Assembly (NCBI RefSeq): GCF_001194135.2
Contig: NC_068990.1
Location: 16,384,696 to 16,424,968 of the forward strand
Source of the DNA: Octopus bimaculoides
Lineage: Eukaryota
Reading direction: 5' to 3'
DNA: 40,273 bases
In this document: positions 24,098 to 35,214 of the stretch, piece by piece
Layout: each line of letters starts with the position of its first letter
How positions within the stretch are numbered: position 1 is the first letter of the stretch
Notes under the pieces: generated by a model
Seen by the model: the letters and a program-made list of their open reading frames with translations, nothing else
The model's database searches: none
Told to the model about the DNA's origin: nothing
Position numbers and translations under genes: made by a program

Positions 24098-24240
24098 GGG
24101 CTTCTTCCAGTTGCCATCTGCCAAATCCACTTATAAGGCTTTGGTCAACTCAGTAAAAAATATTTGTCCAAGGTGCCATGCAGTGGAACTGAACCTGAGA
24201 CTACATGTTTGGGATGCAAGCTTCTGAACCTCACGGTAGT
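23601..24240 (-). mobile_element. Composite SINE, inverted relative to 22938-23370
   Basis: Tail at 23601-23850 and head at 24095-24240 (TATTTGTCCAAGGTGCCATGCAGTGGAACTGAACC). Confidence 0.7.
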
Positions 24241-24293
24241 GTAATTATATACTTCCATAACTAGATGAGAGGGTTGAATCAGAGTTTGTTTAC

Positions 24294-24406
24294 CTTGAGT
24301 TGGAGGATACTTTTTTCAAATTGTCGCACCTATGATCAGTGAGTTTCAACAAGTCAGGGACGTTGTTGTAAACATAAAGGAATAAATCATCATAAATGCC
24401 TTCCTC
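24294..24406 (-). CDS. Internal exon (113 nt, phase 0 to 2): EEGIYDDLFLYVYNNVPDLLKLTDHRCDNLKKVSSNS
   Basis: Acceptor TGTTGTATTTGTAG, donor AAG|GTAAAC. Only this frame is open. Confidence 0.9.
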
Positions 24407-24659
24407 CTACAAATACAACATCAAGAATAGTGACTGGCATGTCAGCTCATGATTCTTAATTCACATTTACTTGGAACTAACATTTAACCAGGGTATTGTA
24501 CCCATATCTGTGTGTGTATGCGTATGCCTACATGCATATGTGTATGCTTGCATATATGTGCATGCATGCATGTGTGTGTATATGTGTATATATGTGCCAG
24601 CCTGCATACATGTATGCATGAGTGTGTGCATGCATGTATCAAGAAAGGATCAAAGGTTG

Positions 24660-24890
24660 TTCCTGAGCCATAGGCTCAAAAGTCTGGTTTCCCAGATTCA
24701 TATATATTGCCCATCCCACCACTGGATAGGATGCCAGTCCATCACAGGATTACTGATTTTTGTCAGCTGAATAGACTGGAGCAATGTGAAATGAAGTGTT
24801 TTACTCAAGTGCACAACACATTGCTCAGGAATCAAAACCACAATCTTAGGATCATGAATGCAACACCCTAACCACTAAGTTACATGCATG
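24660..24890 (-). mobile_element. tRNA-derived SINE
   Basis: Minus head CTTAGTGGTTAGGGTGTTG...GTTTTGATTCC, then CCAGTCTATTCAGCTGACAAAAAT. Confidence 0.65.
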
Positions 24891-24959
24891 TGTATATGTG
24901 CTAATATGTGTTTCCATGCATGTTTGTGCTTAATGTGTATGTGATCATTATCATAAGTG

Positions 24960-25282
24960 AAGGTGTGTGGCTTAGTGGTTAGGGTACTCAGCTCACATTT
25001 GTAAGGTCATGAGTTCAATTCCCAGTGACACATCGTGTCCTTGAGCAAGACATTCTATTTCATGTTGCATCAGTCCACTCAGCTGGCAAAAATGGATTGT
25101 CTCTGTATTTCAAAGGGCCAGCCTTGTCACATTCTGTGTCACATTGAATCTCCTTGAGAACTATATTAAGTATACACATGTCTGTGGAGTGCTCAGCCGC
25201 TTGCACATTAATTTCACAAGCAGTCTATTGCATTGATCAGATCAACTGGAAGCTTTGGTATTATAACTGTCAGAGCGCCAGT
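24960..25282 (+). mobile_element. tRNA-derived SINE, complete
   Basis: A box TGGCTTAGTGG, B box GAGTTCAATTCCC. The 3' module AAAGGGCCAGCCTTGTCAC...GATCAACTGGAA is shared with 31316-31712. Confidence 0.8.
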
Positions 25283-25334
25283 GCCATTATCATAAATGCA
25301 TACATGTACAGGTAATTGGCAACTGGACACTTGT

Positions 25335-25385
<51 letters not shown>

Positions 25386-25558
25386 TTTAAAGTCATAATC
25401 ATCAAAACCACTGCCACTACCTCTATTGTAATCTATGTTGTCCTTATCAAGATTTATTGAAACAAAGGCAGTATATTTCAACAGAAATAGAGTAACAAAA
25501 GAGTTAAATTCTTTATATATTGGTAAATGTCTGAGAGAAAGAAGTAAGTTTCACTTAC

Positions 25559-25661
25559 ACTGTCTTCCTCATTGTCAACTTTGATGGCATTCAGTAGTAA
25601 AATAACCACAAGACAACGAATGGTTCTTGGTAACAGGAACAGATCAATACTGAGATGATTC
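25559..25661 (-). CDS. Internal exon (103 nt, phase 2 to 0): (G)NHLSIDLFLLPRTIRCLVVILLLNAIKVDNEEDS
   Basis: Acceptor TTTCTCTGATAG, donor AGT|GTAAGT. Overlaps track ORF 25478-25798. Confidence 0.9.
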
Positions 25662-25705
25662 CTATCAGAGAAATTTAAGTAAAACAAAAATAATGACTGT
25701 GACTC

Positions 25706-25736
<31 letters not shown>

Positions 25737-25907
25737 GAAAGAGAGAGAGAAGTGATCATAAACAAGAGAGCTAACATAGGAGCCTCTGCATAGTCCATTT
25801 GTTAGAAATGATGTTCAATTATATTCAAATTTCTTTCAAAGAAAGTTTGGTGATGGGAAGGGCATCTGGATGTTCAAACAATGATGCATGCGTACACACG
25901 TGCACAC

Positions 25908-25940
<33 letters not shown>

Positions 25941-26477
25941 GTGTAAATGGAGTAAGTAAGTTTGGCCGAAACTGTTCCTCTCTAAGCTGAACTCTACTAG
26001 AAGGTTTGAATTAAGTACTAGAAGTAGAAAAATAGAATTCTAGGTTTCTTTTATGGCAGTAAATAGTTCTTGTGGTATCTACTTACAGCTAAATGGACTG
26101 AATCATTTGACTATTACATGTCTTTGTCTCAGACACAGTGCAGTCGCTGTAACAGCATATTAAGCATTAGTGCCAACCTCCCAACAGCTGGTAATCTTAC
26201 AACCCATTGAATCAGTCATGTAAGCAGCTTAAGAAAAAAATTACATGCATTAAATCATTTGATTTAATTAGTAAATATAATTTTTTTAAAAATAAAACTA
26301 ACTCATGCAAATAATTAAAAAAAAGACTAGTGAAAATATCTAAAAATTATAATACCAAAGCAACAAAACCAGTTTAAAATACAACTTCAGTTTCTTTGCG
26401 AGTTGTTCATCTTATGTGCATCAAAAGGAAATAATTACATTTTGTTTGAGCAGAATTAAATGTTAGATATTTCTCAC

Positions 26478-26551
26478 CCATATTTGTGTAAGCTGGTTAA
26501 GGCCAACATGTCAACAATAACCTGTGTTGGAAGATGAAATTCTAGTGACAC
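26478..26551 (-). CDS. Internal exon (74 nt, phase 0 to 2): VSLEFHLPTQVIVDMLALTSLHKY
   Basis: Long pyrimidine tract ending TTGCACAG, donor TGG|GTGAGA. Phases match both neighbours. Confidence 0.9.
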
Positions 26552-26594
26552 CTGTGCAACAGAAATGAAACAGAAAGAAAAAACAATCAGTGGT

Positions 26595-27230
26595 TTTACC
26601 CTTTTGATACAAACCTACCTGAGTCCACACTTGGATTCATGATTCAAATTTTTTGTTTAAAGTGATTCAAATTAAAACCTTCCATCAAAGTTTCATGTTA
26701 ATTTATATTCCAAACATCAGTTTAATAATGACAAAGTTATTTTATTAAAATTTTCGTTGCTTCTTGCAACCTTTTCAATAGTTGTTGACTTGCTTTACTA
26801 AATTATCCGTTACTTTAAAAATTAACTGAAGCAAAGCCAGAGTATTTAAAAAAAGATATTGTGACAAGAGTTAAGCAGACCTATGTACGAAGGCATTCCA
26901 GCTATGACCATCCAGTCATTTTTGTATTTAATCACAGCAAGCCTCAAACTACATCATTCAATGATGGTAGGGTGTGATTTTACCCTTTTGATACCAGCAT
27001 GCTTGAGTTTGGCTCTAGTTCTATTATACAATTTTTCTCATTTGAAGCAATCTAAATTAAAACCTTTCATCAACATTTTATGACTAAGTTATTTTCCTGA
27101 ATTCTTCATTATTTTCAAAATTAACTGAAGGTAAGGTAGCATATTTCAACAGAAATATGGTAATAAAAGCATTAAGTGTTTAACTCTTTTGAGACCGACT
27201 AACCAGAGACACTCCTGGTTGTATGATAGA
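26595..27230. mobile_element. Cluster of piggyBac-like MITE copies (about 26595-26874, 26979-27175, and a partial from 27180)
   Basis: Repeated CCCTTTTGATAC starts, AATTAAAACCTT(C/T)CATCAA internal motifs and TTAA ends. Confidence 0.65.
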
Positions 27231-27489
27231 AACACACACACACACACGCACACACACACACACGCACACACACACACACGCACACACACACACACACAAA
27301 GTTTCTATCTATCAGATTTGATTCATAGTCTTTGAGCAACTGAAGACTATGGTAGAAGGTACTTGCCATTATTGCCTCGCCTTGGGATTGAGCCTGAAAC
27401 TAAACAGCTGCACGGCGACCAATGTAACCAGACATCCATGTCCATGTTAAAAATTATTATTATTCATTGCATTATTGTTGCTTTGTTTT

Positions 27490-27980
27490 GTATGAGCTGT
27501 TCCAAGTCACACCCAGTGACCTCAAGTACCATCAAGATGTATGTTTTATTAGAAGTGTTGTTTATGATTAGCGATGATATATTGTACAGGAGGGAGACCA
27601 GAAACTGAGAACTAAGATTCTGTTAAATTTGTAATATTTCAGTTTTGGAAGAGTTTTAAGAGAATCAAATAGTTTCAAGTTGACAATGTTTTTCTTAGAA
27701 TGAATGTGGGCAGTACCCATGAGAACAATCTTTTGTAGTTCTGATACTTTTGAATTTCTTGATATTTGGCTATAGTGTTTAAGAGCACCATTTGGTGTTG
27801 TCTCCAAAGCACTGTTGATCACAGATATAGTTGTTGTTCTTAGATGACACATTTTTGAAACCTCTATTTCAACTTTTGAAATGTTTTTAGAGCTATTGCA
27901 ATTTGCTTGGATTGACATATCTGTGAGCAGACATGTTTTGTCAAGGTGATTTTTTTTACCACAATATCAGTATGAATAGT
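27490..27980 (-). mobile_element. R4/Dong-like non-LTR retrotransposon C-terminus (restriction-like endonuclease region) plus 3' UTR
   Basis: Minus strand reads TDIVVK..(frameshift)..KTCLLTDMSI...VEIEVSKMCHLRTTTISVI...SELQKIVLMGTAHI, matching the RLE-clade PD..D and QK.VL.GTAHI pattern. Confidence 0.75.
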
Positions 27981-28009
27981 AAAATCCCAAAGAACAGTGA
28001 TCGTTATTT

Positions 28010-28219
28010 TCTACCACTTTGGCAGGCTTATGCACCCACCAGTTCATCTCATATGGGAGTCCAGCTATTGAAAGTCACTCACTTTTGGGAAATTATTCAT
28101 TATTAAAATTTTATTGTTATTTTTATCCTTTTGTTTACATGGTCCTTCATGAAATCCACATTGTATTGCACTGTAATGTTCTCAATCTTTTTTGTAAATC
28201 CTTAGTGGTTAATAAAGAA

Positions 28220-28280
<61 letters not shown>
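28010..28280 (+). mobile_element. Probable LINE 3' UTR ending AATAAAG(A)n(ATT)n
   Basis: A polyadenylation-like signal directly precedes an (ATT)n tail. Family not identified. Confidence 0.4.
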
Positions 28281-28281
<1 letters not shown>

Positions 28282-28285
<4 letters not shown>

Positions 28286-28496
28286 GCAAGCTGACAGGAT
28301 TGTTACTGCTTTGGACAAAATGCTTTTTTCTTCTGGCTTTAAGTTCTGGATTCAAATTCTGCTGAGGTCAACTTTGCCTTTCATCCTTTCAGGGTCAATA
28401 AAATAAGTACCTGTTGCACACTGGGGTTGATAGAATTGACTAGCTGCTCCACTAAAAATTTCAGGCCATGTGCCTATAGTAGAAAGGATTATCATT
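28282..28496 (+). mobile_element. MetaSINE-like tRNA SINE
   Basis: GGATTCAAATTCTGCTGAGGTCAACTTTGCCTTTCATCCTTTCAGGGTCAATAAAATAAGTACC. Confidence 0.75.
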
Positions 28497-28771
28497 TGTA
28501 ATATTCTATGTCTTTAAGATAAATTCCAAGCATAAGGCTGGTTTATTTAAGTGTTTGTATAGTCTATCTTCAAAGTTTTGCCAATGTAGGTGAAAAGAAA
28601 ACATCATGATTATTACTAATAAAGCAATCCTAAGACAGGAATGTCACAAGAATTTAAATTTTAATTCTATTATTCTATGATACATTCTTTAAATTACTCT
28701 TGTATGCCTATACTATGATTATTGCATGAGTCCTCATTTTAAAGACATTTTTTTTTGTTGCAATTAATTAC

Positions 28772-28810
<39 letters not shown>

Positions 28811-28820
<10 letters not shown>

Positions 28821-28890
28821 CACACATTTGTATGTACACACACACACTTGTATGTACACACACACACTTGTATGTACACACACACACACA
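28811..28890. repeat. 20-bp minisatellite ATGTACACACACACACTTGT, about 3.5 copies
   Basis: Direct observation. Confidence 0.8.
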
Positions 28891-29070
28891 CACATTATAC
28901 ATTACAGCTAAAAGCAGTTGACACAAATGTCTTTTCTCTCAGAGGAAAGTTTTAGCCTCAACACATTAGATTCCTCTTTTCCCCATTGGTTACAAAACTA
29001 ATCTAAACTCAATGACTTTATTGTAAAATCTTAGCCAATGCAGACTGTGGAGTCTATTTTTGACATAATC

Positions 29071-29071
29071 T

Positions 29072-29115
<44 letters not shown>

Positions 29116-29285
29116 TGTCATTATAATCATCATCATTCTCATCATCATTCTCATCATCATCACTATCACCATCACTATCGTTATCAATATTGGCATCATC
29201 ATCATCACCATTATCATCACCTTCATCACCCTAATTACCATCACCCTCCTCTTCCTTCTCACCATTATCATCATTATGACCACTC
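29071..29285. repeat. (CAT)n microsatellite and its degenerate extension
   Basis: Source of the poly-His and poly-Met pseudo-ORFs. Confidence 0.9.
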
Positions 29286-29642
29286 AATTTTAAAATTAAA
29301 CCCTCCCCACCATCCTCCACCCACACTCCTTACATCTCTAATACTACCTCACACTCACCATAGCTCCAACCTCACTCCAGAAGCAAATATCCCCCCACCT
29401 TTTTTGCTCCTATCCAAGGAATGTAACTCCAATGAACCACAAAATTTTTCAGCTTTGGTTTTGACCTTACTGATTTTGCTTTTTTTAGATCTACTGTTAG
29501 ACCATCTAACAAGATATGACACATCCATACATCTTGTGACAAAGAACCTATGTCATACTATTCTTTTAAGCCTTTTCTGATGATTGCCGGGATTATCTCA
29601 ACTCCTGGTATGAATGGTATGAAACCAACTGATAAAGTGACT

Positions 29643-30178
29643 GAGTGGCTGTGTGGTAAGTAGCTTGCTTACTAACCACATGGTTCTGGGCTCAGTCCCA
29701 CTGCATGGCACCTTGGGCAAGTGTCTTCTACTATAACCTCGGGCCGACCAAAGCCTTGTGAGTGGATTTGGTAGACGGAAACTGAAAGAAGCCTGTCATA
29801 TATGTATATATATATATATATATATATNNNNNNNNNNNNNNNNNNNNNNNNNNNNNNNNNNNNNNNNNNNNNNNNNNNNNNNNNNNNNNNNNNNNNNNNN
29901 NNNNNNNNNNNNNNNNNNNNNNNNNNNNNNNNNNNNNNNNNNNNNNNNNNNNNNNNNNNNNNNNNNNNNNNNNNNNNNNNNNNNNNNNNNNNNNNNNNNN
30001 NNNNNNNNNNNNNNNNNNNNNNNNNNNNNNNNNNNNNNNNNNNNNNNNNNNNNNNNNNNNNNNNNNNNNNNNNNNNNNNNNNACAAAGAATAAGTCCTGG
30101 GGTCAATTTGCTTGACTAAAGGCGGTGCTCCAGCATGGCTGCAGTCAAATGACTGAATCAAGTAAAAGTGTAAAAGAG
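29643..30178 (+). mobile_element. Young full-length composite octopus-type SINE (tRNA/CORE-like head, internal (TA)n with gap 29828-30082, 3' module)
   Basis: Nearly identical to 32692-33202 in both halves. Confidence 0.9.
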
Positions 30179-30180
30179 AG

Positions 30181-30400
30181 TTCACTCTCCAGTTCACTCA
30201 GCTGTAGAAATGAGTTGCGACGTCACTGGTGTCAAGCTGTATCGGCCTTAGCCTTTCCCTTGGATAACATCAGTGGCGTGGCGAGGGGAGGCCGGTATGT
30301 ATGGGCGACTGCTGGTCTTCCATAAACAACCTTGCCTGGACTTGTGCCTGGGAGGGTACCTTTCTAGGTGCAATCCCATGGTCAGTCTGACCTAAGGGGG
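30181..30400 (+). mobile_element. 5'-truncated SINE with a distinct 3' part
   Basis: CCAGTTCACTCAGCTGTAGAAATGAGT central module followed by a different 3' sequence. Confidence 0.55.
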
Positions 30401-30406
30401 TTGCAG

Positions 30407-30443
<37 letters not shown>

Positions 30444-30453
30444 TCACACACAC

Positions 30454-30484
<31 letters not shown>

Positions 30485-30486
<2 letters not shown>

Positions 30487-30573
30487 TATGTTGGTGCATA
30501 ATTAATGGCGATTTTTTAAAATTCTAATACTGTTGTAAATTAAATTATAAAACAGTTATGCACCAACCCAATA
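30485..30573. mobile_element. Mariner-type MITE of about 89 bp (MADE1-like architecture)
   Basis: Inverted termini ATTATGTTGGTGCATAA / TTATGCACCAACCCAATA resemble the mariner TATTAGGTTGGTGCA TIR. Confidence 0.7.
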
Positions 30574-31045
30574 TATGTACACCCACACATACTTACATAT
30601 GTACATTAATACATACATCATACATGCGTATCTGATGGTGTATATATAAGGATGAGACACAGGAAACTTTCACTGGTGACTCACACAAAATAATCTTTGA
30701 ATATATTTCACTGAACTCTTGAATACTTATTTTTCTTAATTGGAATTCACACAAGTACAGCCCCATGTTTATCTCTCCCTCTCTGTCTTTCTCCCCTCAC
30801 CACATATATATATATACACACACACTCATACATACATATGTACGTACATACATACATACATACATACATACATACATACATACATACATTACACATTATG
30901 GTTAGCATTTTCAAATGCTGACAAAGATGTGATGATTTTTGTGAAAATAATTGTTTTTATAGTTTTATGTACCCCTTTTTTTTGCAAAGACCCATATTTG
31001 GAAAAACTGTTCAACCCACACTGACCTTTGAAACTAATTACTTAC

Positions 31046-31145
31046 CAGAAGTAAAAGAAAAAGAATGTTACTGTTTTCCTGATTTTGTTGCCTGGCTTCC
31101 AAGAGTCCTTCAAAAATGTTTTGGTAGATTTCTAATTTCTCAATG
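31046..31145 (-). CDS. Internal exon (phase 2 to 0): IEKLEIYQNIFEGLLEARQQNQENSNILFLLLL. An alternative in-frame acceptor at 31165 adds HLLFYYS.
   Basis: Donor CTG|GTAAGT. Acceptors CTTATTTTACTACAG (31145) or TTCATCTGTAG (31165). The open frame joins VSLEF... Confidence 0.85.
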
Positions 31146-31219
31146 CTGTAGTAAAATAAGAGGTGCTACAGATGAATAGATCTTATTATAAGTTTGGATC
31201 TTTATCTCTCTGATACTTA

Positions 31220-31859
31220 TTAACCCTTTTGATACTAACCCACCTCAAACTGCTCCTGGTTCTGTGACACTAAAGGAATACACATATGTTGAAATACACT
31301 GAATTTGTTTAAATTTTGTTGTTGTTGTTGTTGGCACTCCATCGCTTATGACGTCAGGGTTCCAGTTGATCTGATCAACAGAACAGCCTGCTCATGAAAT
31401 TAACGTGCAAGTGGCTGAGTACTCCACAGACTTGTGTACCCTTTAACATAGTTCTCGGGGATATTCAGTGTGACACAGAGTGTGACAAGGCTGACCCTTT
31501 GAATTACAGGCACAACAGAAACAGGAAGTAAGAGTGAGAGAAAGTTGTGGTGGAAGAGTACAGCAGGGTTCGCCACCATCCCCTGCCGGAGCCTCGTGGA
31601 GCTTTAGGTGTTTTCGCTCAATAAACACTCACAACACCTGGTCTGGGAATCAAAACCGCGATCCTATGACCGCGAGTCCACTGCCCTAACCACTGGGCCA
31701 TTGCGCCTCCACTTGTTTCAATTAACTTTGAAAATAATGGAGTTTATTAGAATAACTGTTTTTATTAAACTGGTATTTTAATTTAGATCACTTTAAAGCA
31801 GGAAGTTTAAATCATAAAACCAGGAGCAATTGCAGGTGGGTTGATATCAAAAAGATTAA
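31220..31859. mobile_element. piggyBac-like MITE split by a SINE insertion
   Basis: TTAACCCTTTTGATAC at the left end and GATATCAAAAAGATTAA at the right end. The internal sequence resumes at 31713. Confidence 0.7.
31316..31712 (-). mobile_element. Full-length tRNA-derived SINE with a (CAA)n tail and target-site duplication
   Basis: Head GGAGGCGCAATGGCCCAGTGGTTAGG...GGTTTTGATTCCC. TSD TTGTTT(A/C)AATT at 31305-31315 and 31713-31723. Confidence 0.85.
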
Positions 31860-31932
31860 GACATGAATAGTCATTTTAAATAGTAACTTTGGTTATACAA
31901 ATAAGAAAAGAGTGAATATACAACCAAAGTAC

Positions 31933-32025
31933 CTGTTTCTGATGGTTGACAATACAGGAAGGTTTGTTTAACAAGCAAATGATAATTTTTAATGACCAAA
32001 GATTTACATATCATTATTAAGGTCA
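31933..32025 (-). CDS. Candidate exon (93 nt, phase 1 to 1): TLIMICKSLVIKNYHLLVKQTFLYCQPSET
   Basis: Acceptor TTTTTAACCTAATTAACAG, donor CAG|GTACTT, open frame. Its phase-1 end does not match the best downstream acceptor. Confidence 0.45.
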
Positions 32026-32691
32026 CTGTTAATTAGGTTAAAAAATAATTTAACTTCCAGCTACAGAGCTGAAAAGTTCATGCCTTTGTTCCAGACAATT
32101 CCAGACAATTAACAGTGTTGAATTTAAATTTGTCAAAGGGTTTGGATGATCATAACTGAATATTCATTATGTGGCCTTCTTTCAGCCAATTCTATTCCCT
32201 GACAACTAAGAATGGAATCATTATGGATGAACTTAATCATCACCATAATTAATAAATACAGAAGGCATTTGCCCATAGTGTTGCACTGTTGGACTGAACC
32301 TGAGACCACATGGCTTGTTGATGTTAAATTTACAATTTACTTCTCAATTTCTGTTTACCTGTTCAATTCCAACTGGAGATTTCCCTGCATACTGTATGCC
32401 AAATATTTCAGTCTCTTCCTGTCTATTTCTGAAATCAGTAAAATTAAATTTTAAAAAAAAAACCCAAAAGCCATTTTTTTTATTTCGGTGATTAAATATA
32501 TATTAAATACTGATTTTTAACACAAACAAAAAGGTTATACATTTTGAAGGGGGACACAGAAAAAACAGACAAATTGAACTTTAGTATTTAAATGATGGTA
32601 ATTTTATTAATCTCCCAAAAGGATGAAGGATGAAAAAGTTGATCTGAGCAGAATTCAGATTAAGAATGTAAAGAATGTAACTAAATATATA

Positions 32692-33202
32692 GGCGTAGGA
32701 GTGGCTGTGTGGTCAGTAGCTTGCTTACCAACCACATGGTTCTGGGTTCAGTCTCACTGCGTGGCACCTTGGGCAAGTGTCTTCTACTATAGCCTCGGGC
32801 CGACCAAAGCCTTGTGAGTGGATTTGGTAGACGGAAATTGAAAGAAGCCCATCGTATATATGTATATATATATATATATATATNNNNNNNNNNNNNNNNN
32901 NNNNNNNNNNNNNNNNNNNNNNNNNNNNNNNNNNNNNNNNNNNNNNNNNNNNNNNNNNNNNNNNNNNNNNNNNNNNNNNNNNNNNNNNNNNNNNNNNNNN
33001 NNNNNNNNNNNNNNNNNAACCAATGCTGGTGTGCTTACGTCCCCGTAACTTAGCGGTTTGGCAAAAGAGACCAATAGAGTAAGTACTAGGCTTACAAAGA
33101 ATAAGTCCTGGGGTCGATTTGCTTGACTAAAGGCGGTGCTCCAGCATGGCCACAGTCAAATGACTGAAACAAGTAAAAGAGTAAAGAGAGAGTAAAAGAG
33201 TA
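32692..33202 (+). mobile_element. Young full-length composite octopus-type SINE (gap 32884-33017 in the internal microsatellite)
   Basis: GGCGTAGGAGTGGCTGTGTGG...CACCTTGGGCAAGTGTCTTCTACTATAGCCTCGGGCCGACC...CAGCATGGCCACAGTCAAATGACTGAAACAAGTAAAAGAG. Confidence 0.9.
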
Positions 33203-33360
33203 AATACTGCAAATTATGTATGTTTTGGTGAAGTTGCTCATGCTGACCTTGACCTCTGCTACAAAACTGAAGTAATGCAGAGAATGAATGCAGAAAATGA
33301 GAGAGAAGAGGCCAGAACAGAACAGATTTCTTGTTATGGAGAAGCTACACAATTACTCAC

Positions 33361-33550
33361 ATTATGGAAGAGAATATGGAAGTGGCTGAGGTGGAACAAG
33401 AAAGGGATGAAAATAAGGCTGATGAAGTATCAAGGTGAACCCTCAAAATATTAGGTGAGTTGAAGTGAGTGAGAGAGCTTATAGAAAAACAGTCAACATA
33501 CCACTGTTTAGTGACGTTTTCTGTGGGAAGCGCATGAGCAGGTGACATGC
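33361..33550 (-). CDS. Exonic region with two possible structures: 33550-33502 (ACHLLMRFPQKTSLNS, phase 0 to 1) or 33550-33361 (MSPAHALP...SIFSSI, phase 1 to 2)
   Basis: Strong acceptor TATATTTTTACCAG. Donors GTG|GTATGT (33502) and AAT|GTGAGT (33361). Confidence 0.65.
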
Positions 33551-33654
33551 CTGGTAAAAATATATAAGCAGAAAAAAATTTCAACTGATTGGTAAACTTT
33601 GGTTTGCAATATAAATATAAAGAAAGGTGGAAGTAGCTCTGGTCTGCTGGAAGA

Positions 33655-34175
33655 CAAGTTTTTTCTAATATAGTGACAGAAGAGGAAAAGTATCTTTATC
33701 ATCCAGAAATGAAGACTCAGACCATGAGATGGTATCACACTTCTTCTCCAAGATCTAAGAGCCAGCAATCTACACATGGTGATTGTTTTTTAGAATGACA
33801 AGGGAATCATTGTCTTTGATTTTCTGGAATACGGCTGTACTGTGAACAGTGATCAGTACATTTAGACATTTAACAGTTTAGAGAAGCCATTAAACTAGTC
33901 ATATTCACTATGACAATGTACAACCATACACATTTTTTACAACAAATCAGCCAATCAGTAAATTGGGCTGGTCAGTGGTCCCCTATTTACCATACGTCCT
34001 GGATCTGGTTCCCGCCAACTTCTACTTGTTTAGTCCCATGAAAGGCAGTTTTGGGGGACAATGATTTGATGACATAGATGACGTGAAAGTGTACACTTCT
34101 GAATTTTTTCAAAAAGGATTTCAGTGTTAGAGTCTATGATAGTGCAAATACCTCATCTGTGATGAAATCAAGTAG
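33655..34175 (+). mobile_element. Highly degenerate mariner (DD34D-type) transposase relic
   Basis: Frames give IVTEEEKYLYHPEMKTQTMRWYHTSSPR...HYDNVQPYT...LGWSVVPYLPYVLDLVPANFYLFSPMK, corresponding to the TGDE / HDNA / HPPYSPDLAP motifs. Confidence 0.75.
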
Positions 34176-34578
34176 TATCATTGTTTAGATGAAAATTTAT
34201 TCTACCACTATGTGCAATTTGAACAATCTATGTCAATTAATGAATGAAGTTATGCCTACTTTTGTATTACTTTCAGTACAATCATTATATTAAACAAACT
34301 CTTTTGATTTTAATCCATCTAAGGCTGCATCTATTCCTGACTCAGAGTATTTAATTTTAAAGTGTTCATATTTAAATCAAGCACCATTTTCTCTACATTT
34401 TATGAAAGAACCTTTTATTGAGTTATGTTCCAAACAACTCTAACTTAATATTAACAAACTTATTTTATTAAACAGTTTTTTTCAATATTAATTTAAAGAT
34501 TTCAGCAATGTATTTTGTTATTATGATAATGAAATTTTTTTTAAATGTTACATGAAGTCTGATTGGAATGTTTCTTAC

Positions 34579-34656
34579 CTTTTTTCCAAAAGCCCCATTT
34601 ACTTGAAGATGCCGTAGGTAAGAAGGGAAGAATTTGTTTTTTGGCAGTTTGTGCCA
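34579..34656 (-). CDS. Internal exon (78 nt), open in phase 0 (WHKLPKNKFFPSYLRHLQVNGAFGKK) and in phase 1 (AQTAKKQILPFLPTASSSKWGFWKK)
   Basis: Acceptor TTATCTGTTTTCAG, donor AAG|GTAAGA. Confidence 0.8.
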
Positions 34657-35214
34657 CTGAAAACAGATAATGGTATTTTAACCGTTATATAAACAAATAT
34701 AGAGAGACTATCATAGATATGCAAATACATTCATACATAGTAGAATAAAATTCATAACTAATATTGGTTATTCTGCAGAATGCTTCAGGTTACTTTACTA
34801 CAAGTGGGGTTTTTTTTATGTAATCAAAGGTACCCTACTTTTTCCTGCAGTTAGTTATTTCCTACTCTTCTCTAACTCCTTCAACTCATGAATCATGGGT
34901 CATCCCCACCCCTTATCCACCATTCCTTACATTCACCATTCAACCCAACCCAATCTTTACTGATATCACCTACCTCCCTCATCCATTCCCCATTTTTCAC
35001 TCCCCATGCACTCTTGCAACTTCTACTCCCCAACATTTCTGGTTCCTCTGTCCCCACTTGCTTCTACTTAATTTATACCTTCAGTGTCCCCCCAAACATC
35101 TCATCACTATTATTTTTATCTCTTCTCAGTTCTTTCACAAATCACCCCCACCTTCTCTTCTAAAATGTAAATAAAGAAACTTGTTCAACTCTAGCTCATT
35201 TTTTCATGCTTTAA

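Noticed and set aside
29038-29580. 180-aa poly-His ORF and its poly-Met antisense ORF
   Set aside because: Translation of a (CAT)n microsatellite plus a low-complexity flank. It has no splice context and lies in an intron of the opposite-strand gene.
31640-31712. tRNA gene candidates (also at 24960, 6770-6840 and 32692)
   Set aside because: A and B boxes are present, but they continue into SINE bodies and tails and lack a complete cloverleaf.
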